The notes below the pieces were generated by a model, which saw only the letters and a list, made by a program, of their open reading frames with translations, was not told where the DNA came from and did no database searches. From Eledone cirrhosa (lineage: Eukaryota): 64,000 nucleotides of DNA. Both the position numbers and the translations under genes were made by a program. Positions 1 through 11,685 of this stretch are shown here, in pieces. The stretch spans positions 120,218,001-120,282,000 of the forward strand of contig OZ024745.1 in the NCBI GenBank assembly GCA_964016885.1, in the 5' to 3' direction. Within the stretch, counting starts at the first letter, position 1, and every line of letters begins with the position of its first letter.

Positions 1-36
1 AGTAGTAGTAGTAGTAGTAGTAGTAGCAGCAGCATC

Positions 37-77
<41 letters not shown>

Positions 78-141
78 CAGCAGCAGTAGCAGTAGCAGTA
101 GTAGTAGCAGCAGCAGCCGTAGTAGTAGTAGTAGTAGTAGT
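1..141. repeat. (AGT)n/(AGC)n microsatellite
   Basis: Directly visible trinucleotide array. Confidence 0.95.
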
Positions 142-564
142 ATTGTTGTGTGGTGATTGCTGGTATGATGATGATGTATACACATATGTTGTTGTTGCTG
201 ATTGTCCCCTACATGTCGGCCCTTGTGGCTAATAAATGAAATCATTGTTATTGTCGCTGTTGTTGTTGTTGTTGTTGCCTTCCTCTTGTGAATGGTTGTG
301 ATAGATGTTACTGCTAAAACTATTCCGGCTGTCAAGCAGGCTGCTAAATCAACCTCTGTGAGTGAAGCCCAACTGCCTTCTTGGTGTATAGCATGGAATA
401 AGCCTGGATAAAGGAGGTGAAACAAAACAGTTTTAAATGTCAACTGCTGTTTTGATATTATTTAAATGTGTCATAGGAAAGACATACATCTCCACTCATA
501 CACTGTCAGTACACAATGTATATATCGAAAAATATCACATCATCCACACGACAGGTGCAATGTG

Positions 565-992
565 TCCGAACACGGAAGAGTCGAACTCCCATGGTCAACA
601 CCTCCATCTCTCTCGTCTTCCCCATCTCCCTGTATTGTGAGCAAATGGGGTCCCACGTGCTGGTGGCCCCACATCCCCGGCGGACAGGATGAAGGCGTTT
701 CCCCGGTAAGGGAAGTGTGCTGGAAGAGCCATTCCATCTCGCGAGGCTCACACTTGCGGCTAGCCAACTCAGCACCCACCCATGCTGGTGAGTAGGGAGG
801 TAGCCCTAGGGCCAAGGACACCAGAAGTCTCCACTGCCAAGGGCACGACTGCAAATCTGTCGGAGAGCGATCGGTACTTGGAGAGTTTGCCCTCCTCAAC
901 CCGAAGTGCAACAGGGTTAGTCACAGACTGCACCAGGTTGCAGCTGGAGAAAGTGTCGCTGCAAGTGGCATCCCATGCGGGGTCATTGGCTT
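565..992 (-). mobile_element. 3' fragment of CRE-like non-LTR retrotransposon (restriction-like endonuclease domain)
   Basis: Minus translation WDATCSDTFS...EEGKLSKYRSLSDRFAVVPLAVETSGVLGP...EMEWLFQH matches the RLE C-terminus pattern WD.TC.DT...E..K..KY...P.AVET.G..G; frameshifted. Confidence 0.75.
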
Positions 993-1449
993 TCGCCATT
1001 TTGAAATTTGGTGAAATTTTAATAAATTTTGTAGGGGGTTTGGGGGGGGGGGGATAGGCGATAAGGCCAATTCCATGGTGGTTTGTTAGAGGAAAATTCT
1101 CCAATGGGCAGTTCGTTCTCTTGTGTAAGTGTTGCTATTAAACGTTTTTTTTTAAGAATGCTCACAAAACGGAGGTATCAAAATCTTGGAGAAACTCACC
1201 GGCGGAGAAAACATTAATCTACCATGTGCATCTTTATATATCCTTTTTGTGAAGTATTCGATGATAATTGGGCATAGTTTCTAACTTTGGTTATTTCTTT
1301 TCAATTCCACTTATTTATCGATTTATTTAGACGGTTGTTGTAATGTTTTGATTTGATTTGATGTAGATTACGGAGTACCTTTGGCTGTACTTGCAGACAC
1401 TTGGATATAAATAATGTGTTTACATATAATGTTTTCTGGATCTGTTGAA

Positions 1450-2055
1450 TTTGCTATTGGTAATATGTAACCCATTACAACCTGTCGCGTGGTCAGGTCG
1501 TCGGCGACTAAACCGGCAACCCCACCAAGTTTACTTGATGAGGAGGGTGATGTTGGACACCCTGCAGGACAAAAAACAAAACCTGACAAAGGGCGGAAGA
1601 ACTCATAAGAGTCAATGGCTATCCAAAAGTGTGTAAATATGTATATACACATGTACATATGTATGTATATGCGCGGGGACATAGAAATAGTCGAGTTGGA
1701 CACCCGATCGCGCGGTTAAACCACTGGGAGTGAAGGACCCCTAGCCTTTGTCAGGGCATTCTTCTACGAGGAGGCAACTCAGGAAACTGGGATAACTCCG
1801 AAATAAAACCTGTGGCTCAGTAGTTACCGATGATGTTGATCTTTTCTTCTTTTCGGGTTATAGCTACTGTCGCTCAGAGAGTGGGATTGGTTCAGTGCAC
1901 AGTTTTTCCTCACTTTAAAAAATATCTTCATGCACAGGCATTGCATGATAGAATTAAGTAATAATTATTAATAATGATATATCGTGAAATGGCCATACTC
2001 GATAACGAGGGGGTAGCCATTATGTATGTATGTATGTATGTATGTATGTATGTAT
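1450..2055 (+). mobile_element. Non-autonomous bipartite RTE derivative, family A
   Basis: 3' end atggccatactcgataacgagggggtagccat(ATGT)n is almost identical to the LINE end at 60803-60856; other copies at 29628 and 57249. Confidence 0.8.
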
Positions 2056-2682
2056 GTCAGGTCACCAGGTGGTGCTACTGGTAACACGTATCCCAGTACA
2101 ACCTGTCTCATAGTCGGGTCGTTGGCGACTAAACTGGAAACCCCACCAAGGTTTCTTGGTGAGGAGGGTGACTTTGGACATCCTGCAGGACTAAAAACAA
2201 AACCTGTCAAAGGGCAAAGGAGCTCTTAAGAGTCAATGGCCATCCAAAATCACTGGGAGAGATGACCCCTTAGCCTTTGTCAAGGCAGAATTCTAGGAGA
2301 AGGAAAACTCTGATATAACACCTGCAACCCTGATGGTATCCAATGATGTTGACTTGTTCTTCTTTTTGGTAAATATCATCTTGGTTAAGAGAGTGGGACT
2401 GGCTTTGTGCAGTGCCTTTGCTCACTATAAAAGCTTCACGGCACAGGCATTGCTTTATATCTGGAGATCTCTCTGCACTTACCGTCACATGGTACCATGG
2501 GCCCAGCACTATGTGTCAATAATTGTCACAAGTGTAGTGTTTGTACCAGAGTTTTCAAGTCGCTGACTGGACTAAAAAGTCACACTCGTTCAGCGCATCG
2601 GTAGGGGTTCTCCTACATGGATATAAAGTAGTGGCCGTACTCGAAAACGAGTTGGCAGCCACCATGTATGTATGTATGTATA
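2056..2682 (+). mobile_element. Non-autonomous bipartite RTE derivative, family B (about 610 bp, full length)
   Basis: Six near-identical copies in window; contains RTE 5'UTR-like motif ctaggagaaggaaaactctg, a C2H2 remnant (2527-2604), a 3' stem-loop and an (ATGT)n tail. Confidence 0.85.
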
Positions 2683-2974
2683 CAACTCTGCTTCTCAATG
2701 TTAACGAATCGATCAAATGATACTACGATATTCAACAGAATTTCTAGTATTTCGCCAGTGTTAGAAACCATTAAAATATATGACGCGGATTGAGTAAACC
2801 GCCAGGTACCTATTTATTCCTGCTTGTGTTCTCAACTTTAACCAGTCAGGCTTCTGTATTACTTTCTTTCATGGTTGCCCAAATTATTGCCAGTGAAATC
2901 CTCAGATGGATGATGTTAACAACATTTTTTCCCCTAGTTAGCTTTTGTTCACATTTCATTGATGCAATAATAAA

Positions 2975-3195
2975 AATGGTTTCTGATTTAGGCAGGAGGC
3001 CAGTCATGTTTAGGGGAATGGAACATCGACAAAATCAACCCAGTACGTTAATGGTAGGTTATTTTATCGACCCTGTAAGGAAGAAAGGCAAAGCTAACCT
3101 CGGCGGGATTTGAACTCAGAATGTAAAGGGCCATAACTCTATGCTGCAAAGCATCGTGTCTGACGCTCTACCGATACTGCCAATCCACCGCCTTA
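2975..3195 (-). mobile_element. tRNA-headed SINE (family S1)
   Basis: Minus strand has box A-like tggcagtatcggtag and box B gagttcaaatccc, followed by conserved body gccgaggttaactttgcctttcatcc; about 20 copies in window. Confidence 0.85.
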
Positions 3196-3199
3196 AACA

Positions 3200-4040
3200 T
3201 AGTAAACAATACATAAATAGTAATATATAAATAGTAATTACAATACAAAAATAGTAATGATAACAATAGAAAAACAGTAATAATTACTATTTATGTATTG
3301 TTATAATTACTATTTTTGTATTGTTAGAGTTTACATCAAATAAATAGTTGATGGAATCAAAACAGGAAAATAGTACATATAACAACTATAATGGTGAATA
3401 GTAACATAAAAATAGTAATGATAATACAATAATAGTAATGATAACAACATAAAAATAGTAATAACAATAGATAAATAGTAATAGCAATACATAAATAGTA
3501 ATAACAATACATAAATAGTAATAGCAATACATAAATAGTAATAACAATACATAAATAGTAATAGCAATACATAAATAGTAATAGCAATACATAAATAGTA
3601 ATAGCAATACATAAATAGTAATAACAATACATAAATAGTAATAACAATACATAAATAGTAATAACAATACATAAATAGTAATAACAATACATAAATAGTA
3701 ATAGCAATACATAAATAGTAATAACAATACATAAATAGTAATAGCAATACATAAATAGCGGTTTCTTATATAGGCACAAGGCCAGCAATTTTGGGGGAGA
3801 GGAAAGTCGATTAAATCGACCCCAGTGCGTGACTGGTACTTTATTTTATCGACCCCGTAAGGATGAAAGCAAAGTTAACCTCAGCGGGATTTGAACTCAG
3901 ATCATAAAGGGCCGTAACTCTATGCTGCAAAGCATGGCGTCCGACCCTCTACCGATACTGCCAATCCACCGCCCTCATAGCAATACATAAATAGTAATAA
4001 CAATACATACATAGTAATAACAATACATAAATAGTAATAT
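3200..4040. repeat. 20-bp minisatellite aatagtaata(a/g)caatacata, interrupted by a SINE
   Basis: Tandem units clear at 3470-3757 and resuming at 3980-4035. Confidence 0.9.
3757..3975 (-). mobile_element. SINE S1, full length
   Basis: Same head, body and tail as other S1 copies. Confidence 0.85.
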
Positions 4041-4044
4041 TAAC

Positions 4045-4195
4045 AATTTCTGATATAGGCACAAGTCCAACAACTATGGGAGAAGGGGAAAGTCAATTAA
4101 ATCGACGCCAGTACATTACTGGTACTTTATTTTATCGATCTCGTAAGGATGAGAGACAAAGTTAACCTCGGCGGAATTTGAACTCAGAAAGTAGA
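4045..4195 (-). mobile_element. SINE S1, partial
   Basis: Body and tail match S1. Confidence 0.8.
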
Positions 4196-4216
4196 ACGCT
4201 AAAATGCAAATCACAC

Positions 4217-6450
4217 ATCGACCCCAGTATTTGGTACAAGATCAGTAACTTTGGGGGTAAGGTGACAGTCTATTATATCGACCCCAGTATTTGGTACAAG
4301 ATCAGTAACTATGGAGGTAAGGTAACAGTCTATTATAACGACCCCAGTATTTGGTACAAGATCAGTAACTATGGAGGTAAGGTAACAGTCTATTATAACG
4401 ACCCCAGTATTTGGTACAAGATCAGTAACTATGGAAGTAAGGTAACAGTCTATTATATCGACCCCAGTATTTGGTACAAGATCAGTAACTATGGAGGTAT
4501 GGTAACAGTCTATTATATCGACCCCAGTATTTGGTACAAGATCAGTAACTATGGAGGTAAGGTAACAGTCTATTATATCGACCCCAGTATTTGGTACAAG
4601 ATCAGTAACTATGGAGGTAAGGTAACAGTCTATTATATCGACCCCAGTATTTGGTACAAGATCAGTAACTATGGAGGTAAGGTAACAGTCTATTATAACG
4701 ACCCCAGTATTTGGTACAAGATCAGTAACTATGGAGGTAAGGAGACAGTCTATTATAACGACCCCAGTATTTGGTACAAGATCAGTAACTATGGAGGTAA
4801 GGTAACAGTCTATTATATCGACCCCAGTATTTGGTACAAGATCAGTAACTATGGAGGTAAGGAGACAGTCTATTATAACGACCCCAGTATTTGGTACAAG
4901 ATCAGTAACTTTGGGGGTAAGGTAACAGTCTATTATATCGACCCCAGTATTTGGTACAAGATCAGTAACTATGGAGGTAAGGTAACAGTCTATTATATCG
5001 ACCCCAGTATTTGGTACAAGATCAGTAACTATGGAGGTAAGGTAACAGTCTATTATATCGACCCCAGTATTTGGTACAAGATCAGTAACTATGGAGGTAA
5101 GGTGACAGTCTATTATATCGACCCCAGTATTTGGTACAAGATCAGTAACTATGGAGGTATGGTAACAGTCTATTATATCGACCCCAGTATTTGGTACAAG
5201 ATCAGTAACTTTGGGGGTAAGGTAACAGTCTATTATATCGACCCCAGTATTTGGTACAAGATCAGTAACTATGGAGGTAAGGTAACAGTCTATTATATCG
5301 ACCCCAGTATTTGGTACAAGATCAGTAACTATGGAGGTAAGGAGACAGTCTATTATATCGACCCCAGTATTTGGTACAAGATCAGTAACTATGGAGGTAA
5401 GGAGACAGTCTATTATATCGACCCCAGTATTTGGTACAAGATCAGTAACTATGGAGGTAAGGAGACAGTCTATTATATCGACCCCAGTATTTGGTACAAG
5501 ATCAGTAACTATGGAGGTAAGGAGACAGTCTATTATATCGACCCCAGTATTTGGTACAAGATCAGTAACTATGGAGGTATGGTAACAGTCTATTATATCG
5601 ACCCCAGTATTTGGTACAAGATCAGTAACTATGGAGGTAAGGTGACAGTCTATTATATCGACCCCAGTATTTGGTACAAGATCAGTAACTATGGGGGTAA
5701 GGAGACAGTCTATTATATCGACCCCAGTATTTGGTACAAGATCAGTAACTATGGAGGTAAGGAGACAGTCTATTATAACGACCCCAGTATTTGGTACAAG
5801 ATCAGTAACTATGGAGGTAAGGTGACAGTCTATTATATCGACCCCAGTATTTGGTACAAGATCAGTAACTATGGAGGTAAGGAGACAGTCTATTATATCG
5901 ACCCCAGTATTTGGTACAAGATCAGTAACTATGGAGGTAAGGAGACAGTCTATTATATCGACCCCAGTATTTGGTACAAGATCAGTAACTATGGAGGTAA
6001 GGAGACAGTCTATTATATCGACCCCAGTATTTGGTACAAGATCAGTAACTATGGAGGTAAGGTAACAGTCTATTATATCGACCCCAGTATTTGGTACAAG
6101 ATCAGTAACTATGGAGGTAAGGAGACAGTCTATTATAACGACCCCAGTATTTGGTACAAGATCAGTAACTATGGAGGTAAGGAGACAGTCTATTATATCG
6201 ACCCCAGTATTTGGTACAAGATCAGTAACTTTGGGGGTAAGGTAACAGTCTATTATATCGACCCCAGTATTTGGTACAAGATCAGTAACTATGGAGGTAA
6301 GGAGACAGTCTATTATAACGATCCCAGTATTTGGTACAAGATCAGTAACTATGGAGGTAAGGTAACAGTCTATTATATCGACCCCAGTATTTGGTACAAG
6401 ATCAGTAACTATGGAGGTAAGGTGACAGTCTATTATATCGACCCCACTAT
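4217..6450. repeat. 60-bp minisatellite, about 37 copies, derived from the SINE S1 tail
   Basis: Unit atcgaccccagtatttggtacaagatcagtaactatggaggtaaggtaacagtctattat repeats in exact 60-nt register. Confidence 0.97.
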
Positions 6451-6597
6451 TTAACTGATAGTATATCTTATCGATATCCTAAGATTGAAAGATAATGTTG
6501 ACCTTCGCGAGATTTGAACTCAGAACGCAGAAAGTGGTAACTAAATATCGCAAAGAATTTTATCCCGAGCTTTCACTACTCTCCCAATCCACTGCCC
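6400..6597 (-). mobile_element. Degenerate SINE S1 contiguous with the last minisatellite unit
   Basis: gttgaccttcgcgagatttgaactcagaacg matches the S1 body and box B. Confidence 0.7.
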
Positions 6598-7889
6598 AAC
6601 ATAATAATACAACTCCTGTAGCACATACTCTACATAAACAAATGAAACTATAAAGAGATATTTGAAGCAACAAAATAAACACGGCAACAGTTGCTGTATA
6701 CACACACAATTCTACACCTCTCAAACTAAAATACTGTACACACCTCCGAAACACAGTGCAAAAAGTAGTTCACACCAAACTATTGAATGCATGATGGACT
6801 GACACAGTTGATACTAACATAACCACCAACCGACAATAAAACACACAGCACAACTTATATAACAAATTCCTAACACAATAAGCATCCAACAAATTATAAC
6901 AACTCACATTGCACATGTTTTCCATAATCAGACAAACTACCAAAGTAACACAACCCAGAAAATCGGAGGTGTACCAGAGACGTGAGCCTTTTTTACTTTT
7001 TTCAGGACTAGCCATAAGGCTTACCAGAGACGTGAGCCTTTTTTACTTTTTTCAGGACTAGCCATAATGTTTACCAGAGATGTGAGCCTTTCAAACTCAC
7101 ATTAAATTATTTTAATCATGATAACAACAACAACAGAAAGAACAATAATAAAAATTCATCTCTTTACATAATAACATAATAAACAATAACGTTTTTTTTT
7201 TTCTTACTTTTCAGGACTAGCCTTAAGTTGTAATAGAGACGTGAACCTTTCAAACTAACATAACAGTCTTTTAATCATGATAACAACACCAACAACAGCA
7301 ACAAAAAAACAATAATAGTATCAACAATAATAATAAAAATTATAACGTTTTCTTTTGTTTTGTTTTTACACCTTTTAGAACAAGCCATGATAAAATTGAA
7401 AAAAAAAATAATAATAGAGAAGAATTTACTTACCAATAACGTAGACTTATGGATCGACCTTGAAAAACAAAAAGTCGAGAGAAAAAGAGAGTTACTTGCT
7501 CTTGAAACCAAACGAAACTATTAAAATATTTTCTTGTTGGTGGTATGATGATGATGTTTGTGGAGGTAGTAATGGTGAAAGTAATGGTGGTAATGATAGC
7601 AATGGTGGTAGTGGTGATGTTTAGTTATGTTTATTTTTCTCTATCTTCCATTCATCTTATTCAGTCATTCACTCTATTAGTTCTTTACAGTTTCACTTCC
7701 TATATTCTCTTCTATTTTGTTAGGTTTTATTACTTTCATAAATATGCATATGTATCTATCTACATTCTCGCTCTCTCTCTATATCTCACTTTCTTTCTCT
7801 CTCTCTATCACTCTCTCTCTCTCTCTCTCTCTCTCTGTATGTATATATTGTGCATACGTGTCTGTGTTTATACAGACTTATAGACAAAC

Positions 7890-7923
<34 letters not shown>

Positions 7924-7933
7924 GTTTGTGTAA

Positions 7934-7978
<45 letters not shown>

Positions 7979-8012
7979 TATTAATAAAATAGATGTTCTT
8001 TTGATCAATTAC

Positions 8013-8065
8013 ATTTTATTATACATATTTCGGATGTACAACAGTTCGTCCTCATCAGACAAAAT
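8013..8065 (-). ncRNA. Minimal type I hammerhead ribozyme (left arm of inverted repeat)
   Basis: Reverse complement of the 8171-8223 motif. Confidence 0.8.
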
Positions 8066-8170
8066 ATAATGATACATGACATACCCTGAGACAAAATTTT
8101 CTATCGGTTAATCACTACGTTGATTAAATCTTAACCATTTAACATTTCAGTGTATGTCATGTATCATTAT

Positions 8171-8223
8171 ATTTTGTCTGATGAGGACGTACTGTTGTAC
8201 ATCCGAAATATGTATAATAAAAT
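8171..8223 (+). ncRNA. Minimal type I hammerhead ribozyme
   Basis: Stem I AUUUUGU/AUAAAAU; CUGAUGA 8178-8184; stem II GGACGUAC-UGUU-GUACAUCC; GAAA 8205-8208; quasi-palindromic stem III; predicted cut after AUA at 8216. Confidence 0.85.
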
Positions 8224-8366
8224 GTAATTGATCAAAAGAACACCTATTTTATTAATACTTATATTAATAACTCCTGAAAAAAAAATTTTTTCCCGTTGAC
8301 TGCTTCCAATCTACTGTAAAAATCAGTCTTTCACATAATCATCGAATATTGTTTAACAATTTAATA

Positions 8367-8436
<70 letters not shown>

Positions 8437-8953
8437 TAAGTATGTTTGTTTTGAAACAGTGAGCAAGTTTGAAATTAGAAATAGAAGCTTTCACCATTTC
8501 TTTGACTATAGAAATTTTAGCCTGATAGTGGGGTTTAGAACCCTCAGAAAAAGATGGGTATTGACTCCCATGTACGTCAATACTCATCTTTTTCCATTTA
8601 TCTGACGGTTCTGAACCCCACTATCAGGCTAAAATTTCTTTAGTTAAAGATACGGTGAAAGCTTCTATTTCCAATATATATATATATATACATATATACT
8701 TATATATATGTATATATATATATACATATATATGTATTTATATATTTATAAATAAGTATATATATGAATATGTATATACATATATATATATGTATATATA
8801 CATATGTATATCTATATGTATATGTATATATATATATATATGTATATATATACATGTATGTATATATATGTTTACATATATATACATACATGTATATATA
8901 TACATGTATGTATATATATGTTTACATATATATATACATACATGTATATATAT

Positions 8954-9032
<79 letters not shown>

Positions 9033-9280
9033 CATATGTATATATACATATATATATATGTGTATACTTATTCATATATATACATATTTATTTATGATTA
9101 TATATATATATATATAATTATTTAAATTTATAAACATATATATGTATAATTTTGTACATAGATCTGTTGAATATGCATGCCAATTCTAACACATATATAT
9201 CCTAGAAACGATCGTTAAATAATGAACTTTTTTTGTTTAATATAAGGAACTGTTTCATTGTTTTATTCATTATTTTTTTA

Positions 9281-9401
<121 letters not shown>

Positions 9402-9436
9402 GTATATATATATGTATATATATATATATATATATA

Positions 9437-9829
9437 TGGTGGCTGCCAACTCGTTTTCGAGTACGGCCACTACTTTATATCCATGTAGGAGAACCCCTAC
9501 TGATGCGCTGAACGAGTGTGACTCTTTAGTCTAGCCTGCGACATAAAAACTCTGGTACAAACACTACACTTGAGACAATTACTGACACATAGTGCTGGGC
9601 CCATGGTACCATGTGATGACAAGTGCAGAGGGATCTCCAGATATAAAGCAATGCCTGTGCCGTGAAGCTTTTATAGTGAGCAAAGGCACTACACAAAGCC
9701 AGTCCCACTCTCTTAACCAAGATGATATTTACCAAAAAGAAGAACAAGTCAACATCATTGGATACCATCAGGGTTGCAGGTGTTATATCAGAGTTTTCTT
9801 TCTCCTAGAATTCTGCCTTGACAAAGGCT
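9437..9829 (-). mobile_element. Family B RTE derivative, 5' truncated
   Basis: Reverse complement of 2270-2665. Confidence 0.85.
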
Positions 9830-9888
9830 ATATATATACATATATATGTTTATATATATATACATATATATATGCATGTATACAGATA

Positions 9889-9933
<45 letters not shown>

Positions 9934-10144
9934 CACATATGTATATATATATGTGTGTGTGTGAGTGTTGAATTGAATTGAAACATAAAATGTTACTTAT
10001 ATAAGACTAGACGAACCATTATTCAAAACGATTAAAGTATAGATATTATGTAATACGTATTAAATAATATTCATACATACGTACAGACATACCTATGTAT
10101 ATATATAGTGTACATGTATATATGTATGTATATATATATAAATA

Positions 10145-10335
10145 ATAATTGTTTCTACTTTAGGCACAAGGCCAGCAATTACCCAGTGCATTACTGGTAC
10201 TTTATTTTATCGACCCCGTAAGGATGAAAGGCAAAGTCAACATCGGCGGGATTTGAACTCAGATCATAAAGGGACGTAACTATGCTGGAAAGCATGGCGT
10301 TCGACCCTCTACCGATACTGCCAATCTACCGCCCT
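10145..10335 (-). mobile_element. SINE S1
   Basis: Matches S1 consensus. Confidence 0.85.
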
Positions 10336-10435
10336 ATATATATAAATAATAATAATATATATATATATATGTATGTGTATATATATATATATATATACAT
10401 ATATATAAAAGAAAATAGAGAATATATATATTATA

Positions 10436-10497
<62 letters not shown>

Positions 10498-10576
10498 AAT
10501 AAGTCTGACCCCGACGGGGTCGAAATGGCTTGAGCTCTGCCGTCGGGGTCATACTTTTTCCTATTACCCACTCTCC

Positions 10577-11017
10577 CATGGTACCATGTGACGACAAGTG
10601 CAGAGAGATCTCCAGATATAAAGCAATACCTGTGCCGTGAAGCTTTTATAGTGAGCAAAGGCACTGCACAAAGCCAGTCCCACTCTCTTAACCAAGATTA
10701 TATTTATCAAAAAGAAGAACAAGTCAACATCATTGGATACCATCAGGGTTGCAGGTGTTATATCAGAGTTTTCCTTCTCCTAGAATTCTGCCTTGACAAA
10801 GGCTAAGGGGTCATCTCTCCCGGTGATTTTGGATGGCCATTGACTCTTAAGAGCTCCTTTGCTCGTTGACAGGTTTTGTTTTTAGTCCTGCAGGATGTCC
10901 AAAATCACCCTCCTCACCAAGAAACCTTGGTGGGGTTGCCTTTAGTCGCCAACGACCCGACCATGAGACAGGTTGTACTGGGATACATGTTACCAGTAGC
11001 ACCAACTGGTGACCTGA
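10577..11017 (-). mobile_element. Family B RTE derivative, 3' part missing
   Basis: Reverse complement of 2056-2500. Confidence 0.85.
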
Positions 11018-11022
11018 CACAA

Positions 11023-11087
<65 letters not shown>

Positions 11088-11179
11088 GCTTATATATATA
11101 TATATATATATATATAAGCATATATACATATATATATATATATATATGCTTATATATATATATATATATATATATAAGC

Positions 11180-11254
<75 letters not shown>

Positions 11255-11400
11255 GTAGTGGAACACTGGAAGGTAATATCCGTAGTGGTAGAGCACCCAG
11301 TCCATGGGACGAGTTAGGTAGAAGTGGTTACACAACAGTTAGTTCACCATACTGAGAAAAATAGTTTCACCTTAGCGGATTCTCAGCTGGTAGTGGACAT

Positions 11401-11450
11401 CCATTACGAGCTGAGGATCTGCTAAGGTGAAACAATTGTTCTCGGTATGG
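11401..11450 (+). ncRNA. Minimal hammerhead ribozyme within a 160-bp palindrome (11319-11478)
   Basis: CGAG-CUGAGGA-UCUGCUAAGGU-GAAA-CAAUUG-UU^CUCG; palindromic stem III AACAAUUGUU. Confidence 0.7.
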
Positions 11451-11494
11451 TGAACTAACTGTTGTGTAATCACTTCTATATATATATATAAGGA

Positions 11495-11685
11495 ACGATC
11501 GACTTTCGTCAAATCGGACCGAGGGAACAATGTTTCCGTTGGTCTTTCCAATGGCTAATACTATCTATCGATCGCAACTCCAGGTAGAAGGAGCAATGTG
11601 AAATAAAGTGTCTTGCTCAAGGACATAACGCACAACTTTACGATTGCGAATCCAATTCTCTAACCTCTCAGCCACACGCCTTCAC
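11495..11685 (-). mobile_element. tRNA-headed SINE (family S2)
   Basis: Minus strand ggcgtgtggctgagaggttagag...gttatgtccttgagcaagacactttatttcac; copy at 44375-44591. Confidence 0.8.

Noticed and set aside
2270-2566. Recurrent 79-aa ORF MLGPWYHV... and the overlapping MVSNDVDL... as a multicopy gene
   Set aside because: Recurrence reflects young family B copies; the only recognisable coding remnant is the zinc finger in another frame
4178-6454. CRISPR array or 758-aa repeat protein
   Set aside because: No unique spacers and no cas genes in a eukaryotic context; the unit is SINE-derived, and the ORF follows from a 60-bp period lacking a stop in one frame
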